Origin: the human T2T-CHM13v2.0 reference genome, Homo sapiens
Length of the DNA stretch: 64,000 bases
Strand: one strand, 5' to 3'
NCBI RefSeq assembly: GCF_009914755.1
Contig: NC_060943.1
Position numbers and translations under genes: made by a program. This document shows positions 18,696-31,999 of the stretch, in pieces; within the stretch, counting starts at the first letter, position 1, and each line of letters begins with the position of its first letter. The notes beneath the pieces are model-generated. The model was given only the letters and a program-made list of their open reading frames with translations. It made no database searches and was not told the origin of the DNA.

Positions 18696-20697
18696 TCAGA
18701 GTTGGCATCTCCCACCTCTCAGCCCACCCGAGTCCTTGAAAGCCAATAGCTGGTGCGTGTGTCACAAGACAGATGCATGATGATCTAAGGGCTCAAAGAC
18801 TGTGAGGCCGCCTGCTTCATCTTAGGAAAGCACAGACTTTCTGAAGTGTCAATTGAGCAGCAGTGTTGGGTCATGGACAGATACGTCAGTGGGAGTCACA
18901 GCCCCTGGTACCCCTCCCAGTCCCTCCATAATCAGTTGACTGGCTGGCTCACCTTGGGTTCCTTACCTGGAATGTGCAACTGCTGGGCCCCTTCCAAATT
19001 CCATCCTACTTTGCCCCCCTAGATGTGATTTCTCTGCAGCTTCCATTTCCAAGGACATTCTAGAGATCAGTAATAATGGGACTTCCCATTGTCCTGAAAC
19101 CCTGAAGATACTGAGCAGCCTGGCCTGGGACTGGATGTTTCAGCAGAAATAACACAGGGGAGACCAGAGTCAAGCCTGGAGGTCAGTTCAGTCATCAGGC
19201 AGTGGAGGCAGAAAGTGGGGCAGTGTTTTGCAGGTGTTTCATGATGACTTACTTGAACCAGTGACCTCTAAAGATAGAGCAGAGCGCAAGGAATGATCTA
19301 GGAAGAGTGAAGGGGATAGGCAAGAGCTGGTGGCTTTGGAGCAGAACCATGTTCCCTGTCCTGGGTCCTTTAAGTTTCCTTTCCTTCTGCAGAGGGCAGG
19401 TGAGGACCATGTGGATCTTTCCAGAAATACATGTGGACATTTGCAAATGCAGAACTGACTGGTGGAAAGGGTGGGAATGAACTGCTGGAAATCTGGTCCT
19501 CATGGACCATATGTGTTTGATGGATATGAGACAAATTTGGAGAAAAGTTTTGCAAGTAGTTTCTTTCATTGGATATTCTACTCTCTGATCCCCTGGGTTC
19601 GACTACTCTAGGGACCTCATGTAAATGGATTCCAGAGTGAATATGAGAAGAGACTGCTGGTTGCCAGGAGCTGGGAGTGGGGAGAATCAGAAGTTGTTCA
19701 TGGGTGTGCAGTTTCCGTTATACAAGTTGGGGAGTTTCTAGAGATCTGCTGTAGAGCTTGATGCGTATTGTTCACACAGATTATTTCTTATGCATAAGAC
19801 TTAGGACAAAAAGTGTTTTGGATTTCTGACATTTTTTGATTCTGAAATATTTGTCATATACTTACTGGTTTAGCATCCCAAATCTGAAAGATTCAAAATC
19901 TAAAATGCTTCAGTGAGAATTTCTTTTCAGCATCAGATTAGTAGACAAAAGTGGGAAGTGATAAGCCAAATATATTCTTGCCCTTTTTTTTCTCTCACCA
20001 CATTTCTACCTTGGTGATTAGTTTTCGGTGAATTCCATACTGGCCATGCTGCACTCATATATATTTGAAGGCTTTGGGATGTGAGAAAGGCTGATTGCTA
20101 TTTTCTATGTCATCAAAACTTTCCACCTTTTCATGGTTGCATCTTTTTCACAGTGTTTCTGTTGTGGCAGTCATTAATAAGTGCCTGTCAGGTCAGATTT
20201 AGGACAGAGTTTTCTAATTCTGCAAAAAATGTTACTGGGATTCTAGTAGGGGTTGCATTGAATCTGCAACTCACTTTGGGTAGTATTGTCTTTCTAACAA
20301 TATTGATTCTTCCAGTCCATGAAAATGAAGTGTCTTTCCATATAATGATATTGTCTTTAATTTCTTTCAGCAATGTTTTGTAGTTTTCAAGGTATAATCA
20401 TTTGACCTTTTTGGTTAAACTTATTCCAAAATATTTTATTCCTTTTCATGTTAATGTGAATTGAAATTCTTTCCTTAATTTCCTTTCAGATTGTTCATTG
20501 TTAGTGTATAGTCTAAAGAATGATCTAGAAAGAGTGAAGGGGACAGGCAAATGCTGGTGGTTTTGGAGCAGAAACATATTCCCTGTCCTGGGTTTTTGAT
20601 TTTCCCTCTCCCTTTGCAGAGGGCAGGTGGCTCTTCCCTGATAGCTAGATAGACTTCCCTGGAAAACATAGTGCCAATGCTCCAGGGATCCACTTAC

Positions 20698-20952
20698 CAG
20701 GGACTATGATCCTCTTGATTATGAGATTTGTTCCACCAGTGGCTGAGTTATGGATGAAACAGACATAGACCCCTCTATATGTTTTAGTGATTTGGGGTAT
20801 GAAGAACACTTGTGCTGATTGCTGGAACTTCCCACCAATCAGCCAAGAATGCTCTGCCAGTGGGTGAGTGTCTATGAGACAGGAGAGCTTGGGGACTTCC
20901 CCTGTATGGTAATAGGTGTATGAGGAAGAAATGGTGAGGGCATCCAGGCCAT
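20698..20952 (-). other. PSG11: PSG11 B1 exon (normally skipped; reading frame and splice dinucleotides intact)
   Basis: 255 nt between ctccag| and |gtaagt; translates GLDALTISSSYTYYHTGEVPKLSCLIDTHPLAEHSWLIGGKFQQSAQVFFIPQITKTYRGVYVCFIHNSATGGTNLIIKRIIVP with no stop; not part of the 335-aa product. Confidence 0.85.
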
Positions 20953-21125
20953 CTGGAGCAAAGAGAATAAAGTCACAGGTGACATTGTCAGAGGGAAGGG
21001 AAAATCCTGGTCTGTGGAAGGGCCACAGTGACCCTGTGAGCCAAGTCGCAAGACTGAAGTCCCAGCCAAATCCTCGCTGTGTTCACTGATCTGGAGCCTG
21101 AGACATTCACCTGTTTCTCCCATCA

Positions 21126-21698
<573 letters not shown>

Positions 21699-22779
21699 TC
21701 AGAATTGGCATTTGCCACCTCTCAGCCCACCCGAGTCCCTAAAAGCCCATGGCAGGTGTGTGTGTTACAACACAGATGCATGGCATTCTGAAGGCTAAGA
21801 GATTGTGAGGCTGCCTGCTTTATGTGGGAGAAGCACAGACTTTCTCAGGTGTGAATTGAGCAGCAGCATTGGGTCATGGAAAGACACAGGACCAGCAGTC
21901 ATAGCCCCTGGTGCCTCTCTGAGTCCCTCCATCTCCAACTGCCTGCCTGGCCCACCTTTTGGTCCTGACTTGGAGCATGCAGTGCTGGAATCTTCTTAGT
22001 TTCAGTCTTACTTTTCCCCCCAAGGTATGTTTTCTCTGCAGCTTCCCTTGCCAAGGACATCCTAGAGATGGATGATGGAACTTCCCATTGTCCTTAAACC
22101 CTTTGGGTACTGGAAAGCCTGGCCTGGGACTGGGTACTTCAGCAGAAATAACACAGGGGAGACCAGAGTCAAGCCTGGAGGTCAGTTCAGTCATCAGGCA
22201 GTGCAGCCACAAGGTGGGGCAGTTTTCCCAGGTGTCTCATAGTGACTGACTTGAGCCAGTGACCTCTAAAGATAGAGCAGAGTCCAAGGAATGACCTACA
22301 AAGAGTGAAGGGGACAGGCAAGAGCTGATAGCTTTGAACCAAGACCATGTTCCCTGTTGTGGGTCTATGATGCTCCCTTCCCCCAGTAGAGGGCAGGTGA
22401 GGACCATGTGGATCTTTCTGGAAATACATGTGGATGTTTGCAAATGCAGAACTGACTGGTGGAAAGGGCAAACATGAACTGATGATGGAAGTCTGGCCCT
22501 CATGGACCATATGTGTTTGGTAGATATTAGACCAATATTTGGGAAGAAGTCTTGCAGATACTTTCTCTCATTACACATTCTATTCTCTGATTCTGAGTTT
22601 GACTACTCTATGTACCTGATATCAGTGGATTCCAGAGTGAATCAGAGTGTAGAATAGTAGTTTCCAGGAGCTGGGATCAGGGGAATTGGGTGTTGTTCCG
22701 TGGGTGTGCGGTTTCAGTTATGCAGGACGAGGAGGTTCTAGAGATCTCCTGTACAGATTCATGCCTATAGTTCATACAG

Positions 22780-23010
22780 ATAAAGTGCTTCTTATGCAGA
22801 AAGGTTAAAACAAAGTGTTTTGGAATTCTAATTTTTTTTATTTTGGAATATTTGCAGTACATGTACTGGTTTAGCATCCCAAATCTGAAAAATTTAAAAT
22901 CCACAATGCGCCAGTGAGCACTTCTTTTTAGCATCACATCAGTGGTCAGAAGTGTAAAGTTTTGGAGCATTTCAGATTGTGGATTTCTGGATTTGGGATG
23001 CTCCATATTT
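22780..23010. mobile_element. MER3/MER33-like hAT DNA transposon (partial paralog 19780-19945)
   Basis: agcatcccaaatctgaaaa...gatttgggatgct internal inverted repeats. Confidence 0.6.
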
Positions 23011-23857
23011 AATACTGTAATTATCCCATAAAAAGTTGTCAGGAGATTAGACCTCATGTTGTGTTCTGACTCTAGTAACAAAAAAAAAATTTGGAGGAAA
23101 CATTAAAATGTTTTCATAAGTGGAAATTTTTACTGATGGTCTAAACATCTAAGATCAATTGCTGGTAGTAGTATTTCTCTTGAGACCAACATAAGGTTTA
23201 GGTGTGCCATGAATTCCAGCAGGATCACATTATGCTCAAAGAAAGATGCCAAAGGTGATTTGAAATTAGCAGCTCCTTAAGTAGAGAGAGTCCCGTTAAA
23301 AGGACAGAACTGGTCAGTGCATCAATTACATAAAAGGAGGAAGGATGCCAAATTAAAAGAAGTGATGTGTGTTATGTTAGTAAATATAGAAAGAACTTCC
23401 TGCTTCTAATTTCTGTGCAGTTAGGAAAAATGGGGAGGACCCCAAAACAGGTATGTGAAATGCTTTCTTCATTTTCTGTTAAGCTCAGGAAACACCACTA
23501 GAGTTTAAGTTTGTGTGAATTAGAAGGAGTCTAAGTGAGATGCCAATGGCTCATGTGTCTCCCCACACGAAGAACTCCAACTTATGAAAACGGCATCATC
23601 ATGAGGAAACAGTTGTATGTGGCACAGGCAGTAAAACCATCAGATAGCACCCACCTGGCCACCTCCAACTGGTCCCCAAAACCACCAGTATTCCTCTTAA
23701 GTATGTGTTACAGCCTTTGTAGTTGTCCCACAGCTACAAAATTTTAAAAATGCTATTGTCAAAACAAAATATTAAATATGAAGTTGAATATGTTGATCCA
23801 CTTTTTTTCCCTACTCTTTTTGGACTTTCCTGTTTCAGTTTTGGAAATTTCTATTGA

Positions 23858-24228
<371 letters not shown>

Positions 24229-24484
24229 ATCTCAAAGGGATTTTAATGAGTTGTTGACTTTTGAGTTTGTTCAGCTTTTTACTTAGTGTTAGAACCGAGT
24301 GACAAATTTCAAGCTTGTCATATGCCTGACACGAAGCCAGAAGTCTCTAGGAAGTGATCAGAGAATGTAAGCTCCATAGCACGTTGACGATGGAGTCATG
24401 AGTGAAACAGGTGAAATGAGCTCATGGGCTTTGGAGACTGCAGGCCTGTCCAGCCTCTGACACCCTGGTGAGTCAGTGCAGAGA

Positions 24485-25238
24485 TTACAACAGTGACAGC
24501 AAACTAGCATGGCTGACTCCATCTGGCATCTAGTCTCAGGCTGGCTGTCCTCACTCATTCCTGCACATAGACAAGGCTAACCTTGGGAGAAATTTAGTTT
24601 ATGGTTTAACTTTGAAGCAAGAATGATAATAGTTCCTCCATAAAACTAACACCCTTACTTTGCCCAGGGACTGCCTTTGTCAAACTAGTGAAAGACCATG
24701 AGATTTAGATTATAAGAGGGAACTGAATTCTGCTAAAATGTATGCACAGTTTCTATAATCCCTGACTGCTGCAATGTCATTTGGCAAGGGTTTACAAAAT
24801 TTGTAACTAATTGCTCCTATAGATAACATCACTATTGTAGAACGTGAGATTGGTCTTTTGAGATGCTTCTCATTCTTTTGCATTCTGGCAACCAGCTGAC
24901 CTCATCCATACCTATGACTAATGGCTCAGCCCGTCATGTGGTCCCTACCTAGAGGCAGATTCAAGCACAAACAGATCATTTCCCTCCGCCCGCATGATTC
25001 CATCACCAACAATCAGCAGTACTCATTTTTTAGTCCTGTGCCCCTGAAACTATCCTTGAAAATCTCTAAGCCCTGATCCACTGGGGAGGCTGATTTCAGT
25101 AATAATAAACCTCTGTCCTCCTGTTTGGCAGACTTGGAGTCATTAAAATCTTTCTTTACTAAAAATCACCATTTCAATAAATTTGTGTGTTTGTGTGTGT
25201 GTGTGCAGGAGGCCAGAAGAACTTGTCTGACAATGATA
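24485..25238 (+). mobile_element. LTR8-family LTR (LTR8B-like) in PSG11 intron 2, slightly 5'-truncated
   Basis: Matches LTR8 motifs (gactccatc, tttagtttat, ggggaggctgatttcagtaataataaac); homologous to 45715-46462. Confidence 0.75.
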
Positions 25239-27268
25239 AGAGTGGTTGGAGGGACTTCCTATCCCTGTCCCATGGTCTTGTCCACAGGTCAGCCTCACAA
25301 AGGGGAAGAGCCCTTGATGGGAATACAGTGGAAGCTCATTCTCTTAGTGACCTGGGGACATTGGCTCGAGATGAAGCCTGGCAGGAGTGGCAACTCCAGG
25401 TGATTTCTGCACCTTTCCTATTTCCTGGGAGGTGGGCCAGGCCACAGTGTTAGCGGGAAGGGAATAGAACAGCCAGCCTAGTTAGAGGGAGTGTCTGGGG
25501 AAGGCCTAGGGGTGGGGGAAGAAGCTGTGCAGGACAGGGCTTGCCAGTCAGAATGAAGTGGGAGGAAGATGAGGGACACAGAGAAGCAGAGAGAGGCAGA
25601 GACACCATGGCAGTGAGCAGTGAGGGAGACACTGACTTCAGAGCCCCCAGGAACCAGCTGCCCCCAGTTCCACAGTCCAGGACCAAGGAGCCCCGAGAAC
25701 CCTCTGGTGGCCAAAGAGCTTCAGAGTTACATGAGGTGGGGTGGCTTTAGGGGCAAGAGGTAGTGGGGGGATGAAACATGGGTGTCAGCCTCTGAAGGAC
25801 AAGGGACAGGTGTGGCTAGAACCTCCTAGGATTCTGCATTCAAGATCCAGTCTCTAAAGAGGTTTTGGATCATTCATTTCTTCATTCCATTCCTTCATTT
25901 GTTATGTGAGAGCTCCTGAGTGTGTGTCTCTCGCTGGGCCTGTGCTGGTGTAGGGAGTGAGTGGGGAAAGAAAACAAGGTCCTCTCCTTGATCCTCTCAT
26001 GACAGTGACATGGACACTTTGGGAAACACAGAGTTTCAGGTTCAGTGATGGGGGTTAAGATCTGAGGGGGAGGCCTGGACATTTTTTTTGCACTGACTTT
26101 GATGGTTGAAGCAGGTGATTTAGTTCTGGAGTATAGACTAATCAGCTGACCATTTGCTCTCACTCCTCTGAGGTTTGGATGCCTAAGAAGAGAGGATTTG
26201 AGCCAATAAATGACTATGGGGTGCTTGGAACCCAGTAAGCCCTCACTTCTGGTGGAGGAGAGGATGGGCCTGTGGCTGCAGACAGACCTCATGTGACCCT
26301 GATCTCCCCTTTGCGTTTGTGTGACTCTGATTCAGTGACTGTGCCTTCCTGTGCCTCAGTTTTCTCTCAATCAGATAAGTTAAATGGCAAATGGACTGTG
26401 GCTTTTCATGCTATCTGTGAATAAATGTTAAATTATTCACAGTCACCTGACCTAATGCTTGGCACAGTGGAGGTGTTCACACAAGCAGCATTTATTATTA
26501 ATTTGCTTCCATGAGAAAGCACCTTTACGTCAGATCCCTGTGGACAAGCTGCTACCAGGTACATCTTCTCTCTTCTGTTTCTGCTTCTGAGGACATTAGA
26601 CTTTCTATGGACTGTCCTAAGCCTCCTAAGGCAGTTGGCTGATGACCTACAAAGCTTGTCTTTCTGTCCTCTCCACTCTGAGTGTCAGGTGAAGAAAGCT
26701 CTGTCCTTGCCCAGATGAGGCTCTGAGGGCTGAGCCCTGGCTGGTGAACAGCTCCAGGAGACACAGTCCTCAGACAGCTGGTAAATTCTTGGTCCCAGTA
26801 AGCCCTGCCCAAGAAGCCACAACCCAGCCCTGGAACAGGCTCCTCAGCTTTATCTGGAACAAGGATTTAGGTACAGAGTTCTGGGTTTGAGGCTTCTAGG
26901 GCTGAGCTTCTCTGAGAGTATCTCAGGGGCCCCTCAGGTCAAATTCTACTCAGTTCTCCAGGGTCTTTCTCAGGGTCAAATTTATGAAGAGGGCATGAGG
27001 TGCTTGGCTGAGACTGATCTCCTCCTGCTGAGTCCCCCCATCAGACTGTCCTTCCTCTGCAGCGAGTGTCTGCAGGGTCTGGATGCGGGAAAGGAATTCT
27101 GATCTGTTGAAATTTGTCTCCTCTGTGTGTGTCCTGCACTAAATGCCCAAACCCCAGCATGGGACATAATGCAGAGAGGGACACAGGCAATGTCCAGGCC
27201 TGACAATCCTGTGTGTGTGATGTAGAAGTGACCCCTGTCCCCCAACACCCAGGGATCATGTGGAATCA

Positions 27269-27658
<390 letters not shown>

Positions 27659-28491
27659 TCAGTCAATATTGAGACCTATGTATTGGGGTGAAAAGATGGG
27701 GCCCTGAGTCCTGAGAAGGTCTCTTCAATCCTCAGCCTTGAAGACACACACACACACACACACACACATACAAACATACACACACAGAAAAGGGGCATGT
27801 GTGTTTGTGTATGTGTATGTGTGTGTGTTCTACTGTCCTACTAGGTCAAGGTCAGCAGCATGACCCCCATTCCTTCAACACTTCTGACCTTGGCATTTTT
27901 CTGTTTGGAATCCTCTTCCCCAGGGGTCCGCATGGCCCCCTCCACACTGCCCTCAGGTCCTGCTCACATCAGGGCATCCTTAGACTTCTTTCCTGACACC
28001 TCCTTCAGGGACTCTGGGTCTTCCCTTTCTGACCTTTCCCTGCTCTGCTCCCTCCAGGGTTCTTGTCAACACCTGACCTCACATTCTAGATCTCTTTGCA
28101 TGTCTGACTTCCTCCCCATGGCAGCATGAGCTCCGTGAGGACAGGGACTTTTGTGATCTTGGTTGCACCCCAGTGCCTGGAACAGGCTGCAGACTCCTGT
28201 AGATGTGAGAGTTCTCAGGGCCGTCCACGCCCTGGGTGTTTTTTTTTTTTTCCCCAATTGTTGAGGTTTTTTATTGAGGACAGTGTTTCATGCCCTGTTT
28301 ATTTTTATTTGTAGTGTCATCTGATATAGTTATTATTATCATTTTTCAAAATGTGGTGGCCCCTGATGATTAATCAGGAAAACAGAACACCTGTTTCCTA
28401 CCTCTTACCAATTCCGGTTCAATGTGACTTTCCTGTTTTGACCCCTGTCCCTCTTGGGTGTATTTTCCCCTATCCAGGCATCAACAGGGCC

Positions 28492-28506
28492 TTCTTTCCT
28501 TTTTTT

Positions 28507-28542
<36 letters not shown>

Positions 28543-28792
28543 GAGATGGAGTCTCGTACTGTCACCCAGCCTGGCGTGCAGTGGCACTATCTCAGCTCAC
28601 TGCAACTTCCGCCACCCTGGTTCACGTGATTCTCCTGCCTTGGCCTCCTGAGTAGCTAGGATTACAGGAGCACACCACCATACCTGGTTAATTTTTTGTA
28701 CTTTTAGAAGAGACAGGGCTTCACTCTGTTGGCTGGACTGATCTTGAACTCCTGATCTCGTGATCCACCCACCTCAGCCTCCCTAAATGCTG
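28492..28792 (-). mobile_element. Alu in PSG11 intron 1 with long poly(T)
   Basis: Alu consensus motifs. Confidence 0.88.
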
Positions 28793-28891
28793 GCTTTTTT
28801 ATTTTTTAGAACCCCAGGAGCCTCTCCAGGAGACCCCATCCAGTCACTCTGCTTCCTCCTCCTGTCCTCTCCCAGGAAGTTCTCTCCTCAC

Positions 28892-28955
28892 CTGTGAGCA
28901 GGAGCCCCTTCCATTTGATGTGCTCTGTGCAGGGAGGGGCTGAGAGGGGCCCCAT
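28892..28955 (-). CDS. PSG11: PSG11 exon 1, coding part (leader, [21 protein letters not shown])
   Basis: ATG at 28955-28953 in strong context (atcATGG); 64 nt to donor G|gtgagg at 28891; typical CEA-family leader exon; peptide matches recalled PSG11 N-terminus. Confidence 0.93.
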
Positions 28956-29019
28956 GATCTCTGCTGCGTGCATGTTCTCCTCTGTGGAGATGAGCCTAGG
29001 ATCCAGAAGCTTCCAGAGC

Positions 29020-29200
29020 ACGGCTGTCAGCTGTGCTGTCCTTCCTCCTTCTGCGCTGAGACTCTTCCCGGGGAAGGAGCACTTCTCAAGCTCATGGGCA
29101 GGGTCAGGCCGAGGACACCTCTCTGTCCCCTCCTCTCTCAGCCCTGCCTCCTTGTCCCTCCTTCTGTTTTTCCTTTTGTCTGTGTTTCAGGTCCCTGGGA
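29020..29200 (-). promoter_or_regulatory. PSG11 TATA-less proximal promoter with DR5 RARE-like element (29101-29117) overlapping a CPE/GC-box-like site (CCCTGCCC), plus GGAA Ets cores
   Basis: GGGTCA-ggccg-AGGACA at about -147 to -162 from the ATG, where PSG promoters are known to carry the RARE/CPE; no TATA box seen. Confidence 0.6.
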
Positions 29201-31999
29201 ATTGTGGAGGCCTCTGCCTTTTTCAGCAGTGATTCTTTCACCAAACCTCAATACACACTTTGTGCGGACACACACATACACACACACACAGAAGAGACAC
29301 ACACAGACCCACACAGTCAGACACATACCCTGCAGGTTGGGCAAGCAGAGTCCTGGGCCTCAGCCTCCTGCTGTCCCCATTGCTCTTGGTCGGGGTGCAC
29401 ATTCACACCCTTTGCCCTCTTTCATCCCCGTCTGGCTCTCCCCTTCAGTGCAGGAGGCTGGAGCTGCACCAGGTCCCTGTCAGAGTGACACCCCATTGTG
29501 CTGTGGGTGAGCTGTGTGTTGCCTGGTGAGAGGGACCCTTCTTTTCTCCAATCGTGTCTAGCTTGGCTGCAGCTTCCAAGGATGGACATTGAGGACCTGG
29601 GTTTCCCAGAGGAAACTGTCCTTCCTGGAGGTGTGCAGGGTGAATCTTTCATGCCTCCTGGGAGGAGAGGCCTGTGCTGGTTGCTCAGTGGGGGCTGTGA
29701 GTCCCATAGTCAAAGGGAAAGTTCTCGGTCACTCTGTGACTCCATGGGGTCTGGCAGCTGAGCTGGAGCTCTTGGTTTCTCATGTTCTTCCTGACAATCT
29801 TTGATGTCCTTTCTTCTCTGCCGAGCTGATTGTCCTGTGGTCACCACACCTTCCCCGTGGTGGTGCAGGAGGAAGTGGGGAGTTACCCAGGAATCCCGCG
29901 GGACATGACTTATTGAGACGCAGGAGGAGGAGCCTGGGACAGAGCAGGGGTTCAGAGCTGGAGAGATTCATCCCGACTTACTCCGTGGCCATGATGGGCT
30001 CAGCCCTCCATGTGCTGAGATACCCAGGGGTCTGTCCTGAGGGTTTTGACCTGGCCAAGCTGCTGTGTGTAGAGGAGGAACAGGCAGTGGCCAGAGATCC
30101 TGTCTGGAGGGACGTAGCTCACACCTGAGAGGGCGGGTGGGGGTGAGTTGTGTTCTGGGAGCAAAGAGCAATAACACCCCCCTTCTCCCAGCAAGCACAC
30201 GGGAGACGTCTGTCTTCCCAAGAGACAGCTGGGGGTAGGTGGCCACATCCCGGATGGTGCCTGTGTGTGACCATCACACGCGCTCTGAGCCCTCCGGGGT
30301 TCAGTGAGCAGGTAGGTCACAGGGTGCCTGGCTGATTCCCGGTGAGGCTGTGGGCCCTCAGGCAGCCGCTATTCTGTGTCAGCGCTAAGCTTGGCCTGGG
30401 ATGCCCCAGTGAACAGGACAGATGGAGCAGGGGCGGGCATTTAGGGAGCAGTGACAGAAAGAGTTGATGTGGATGGAGGGAGGTCACGAGGGGAAAGCGC
30501 CCAGTGTGGCATCGCGTGCACCAGCGCTGCCCTGGGAGATGCCTTTAGCTGGGCCCAGGGAAGGAGCAGGTGTGTGGGGCAGGAACTACCTGTAGGGGGA
30601 GTGGTGTTAGGTTGGTGGCCCCCAGGTCAGGGAGGAGCTGACAGAGACCCTGTGGGGAGCATGGAGGGCGCTGAGGACTTAGTCCGAAGTGACCCTGGTG
30701 AGGGTGGACCCTGCTGGGCTGTGGGTTCCGCTGAGGGCGGTTGGCATCCCTTGGGAAGGCTCCAGGCCGGGAGGGACTCTGTCGCCTTCTGGTGGACAGG
30801 GAGGGAAGTGTGAACGGCAGCAATCCCAGGCCAGGCTGCATGTTTTATTCTACGTGGATCTGCACACTTCACACAAGGTCACACATATGTTATGTTATAG
30901 CTCCTTCACCTTCCAGCCCCGTGAGTCCCAGTCTGTGTGGCTCTACGTTCACTGTTCTCCCTCTTTCACAATCAGATATCCCAAACGCAGATGTTTGTCA
31001 CTTTCTGTGAGTTTGTGTTTGTGTGCAGTAGGCGGCACTGTGTATACCCTGGGGGCAGTGATGTCTGGGGCTGAGCGCTGCACTTGGGCTTGGGAGAAGA
31101 AGACGGAGCAGCAGGGTGGGAAGATCAATGTCAGGGGGGCAGGGACATCATTTTCATTTTCTCCCAGGGACCAGAACCCACGATTTTGACTCCAGGGCAC
31201 AGTACCACACCCTGCTGGTGTCCCTGGATGTCATGATGCTCATAGTGTCATGTTGCCTTGGCATTCATTTTTTAAGTTGTAAGTTTATTTGCCTCAAATC
31301 AGAGGCAGGGCTTGGTCACCATGGCAGTTTTCAATACTGTATCTGGTTCAGGTGGCTCCAGTTGGTGTCCAGAGATAAAATCTTAGAGGCATCTCTCCTG
31401 CTTGGTGTGCTGGACTCCCCTCTCTCCAGCTGCTTTCTTTAAACTGATAATTCTGACATTCGCCCTCATATTTAAAGTGACCACCTCTCAGTCACAGCGT
31501 GAGCTCCTGGTCCCAGTGTTTGCTGCTTTCTTTGAACACATCCATTAAAGCTCCCTGCTGGAAATCTGTCATATAACACCCTGGACTTAATAAAGCCATT
31601 GGCTTACCAGTCTCTTCTCTCCTCCCTGCCTGGGCTCACTGAACTCTGTGTCTGCGGTCTCCAGGTGTGCCGAGTGCTCCCTAGTGTCTGTAAGTAGTAA
31701 AAATACTGACATTTTCACTTTGTGGTTGTATCATTGTAGCCTCACATGCCATCCAGAGGCTGACATTGAGGCTGCCCTATGGGACCTGTGCTGGTTGAGC
31801 CTCTGCTGGAGCTCTTGTTTTGGGGCCTCTGGTACTCCTGGGGACAGGAGCTTCCAGGTAACTTGATTGAAAAACTCATGCCTTTCATTGAAACACTGGG
31901 TCAGATGATGTATTCATGGGCTTCAGCTGCCATAACAAATGCCTTAGCCTGGGTGAATTACATAACAGAAATCTATTTTTCACAGTTCTGTGAATAATG

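Noticed and set aside
28968-31442. Cluster of 60-180 aa ORFs on both strands upstream of PSG11
   Set aside because: GC-rich promoter/upstream sequence and CA repeats; no recognisable domain or splice structure.
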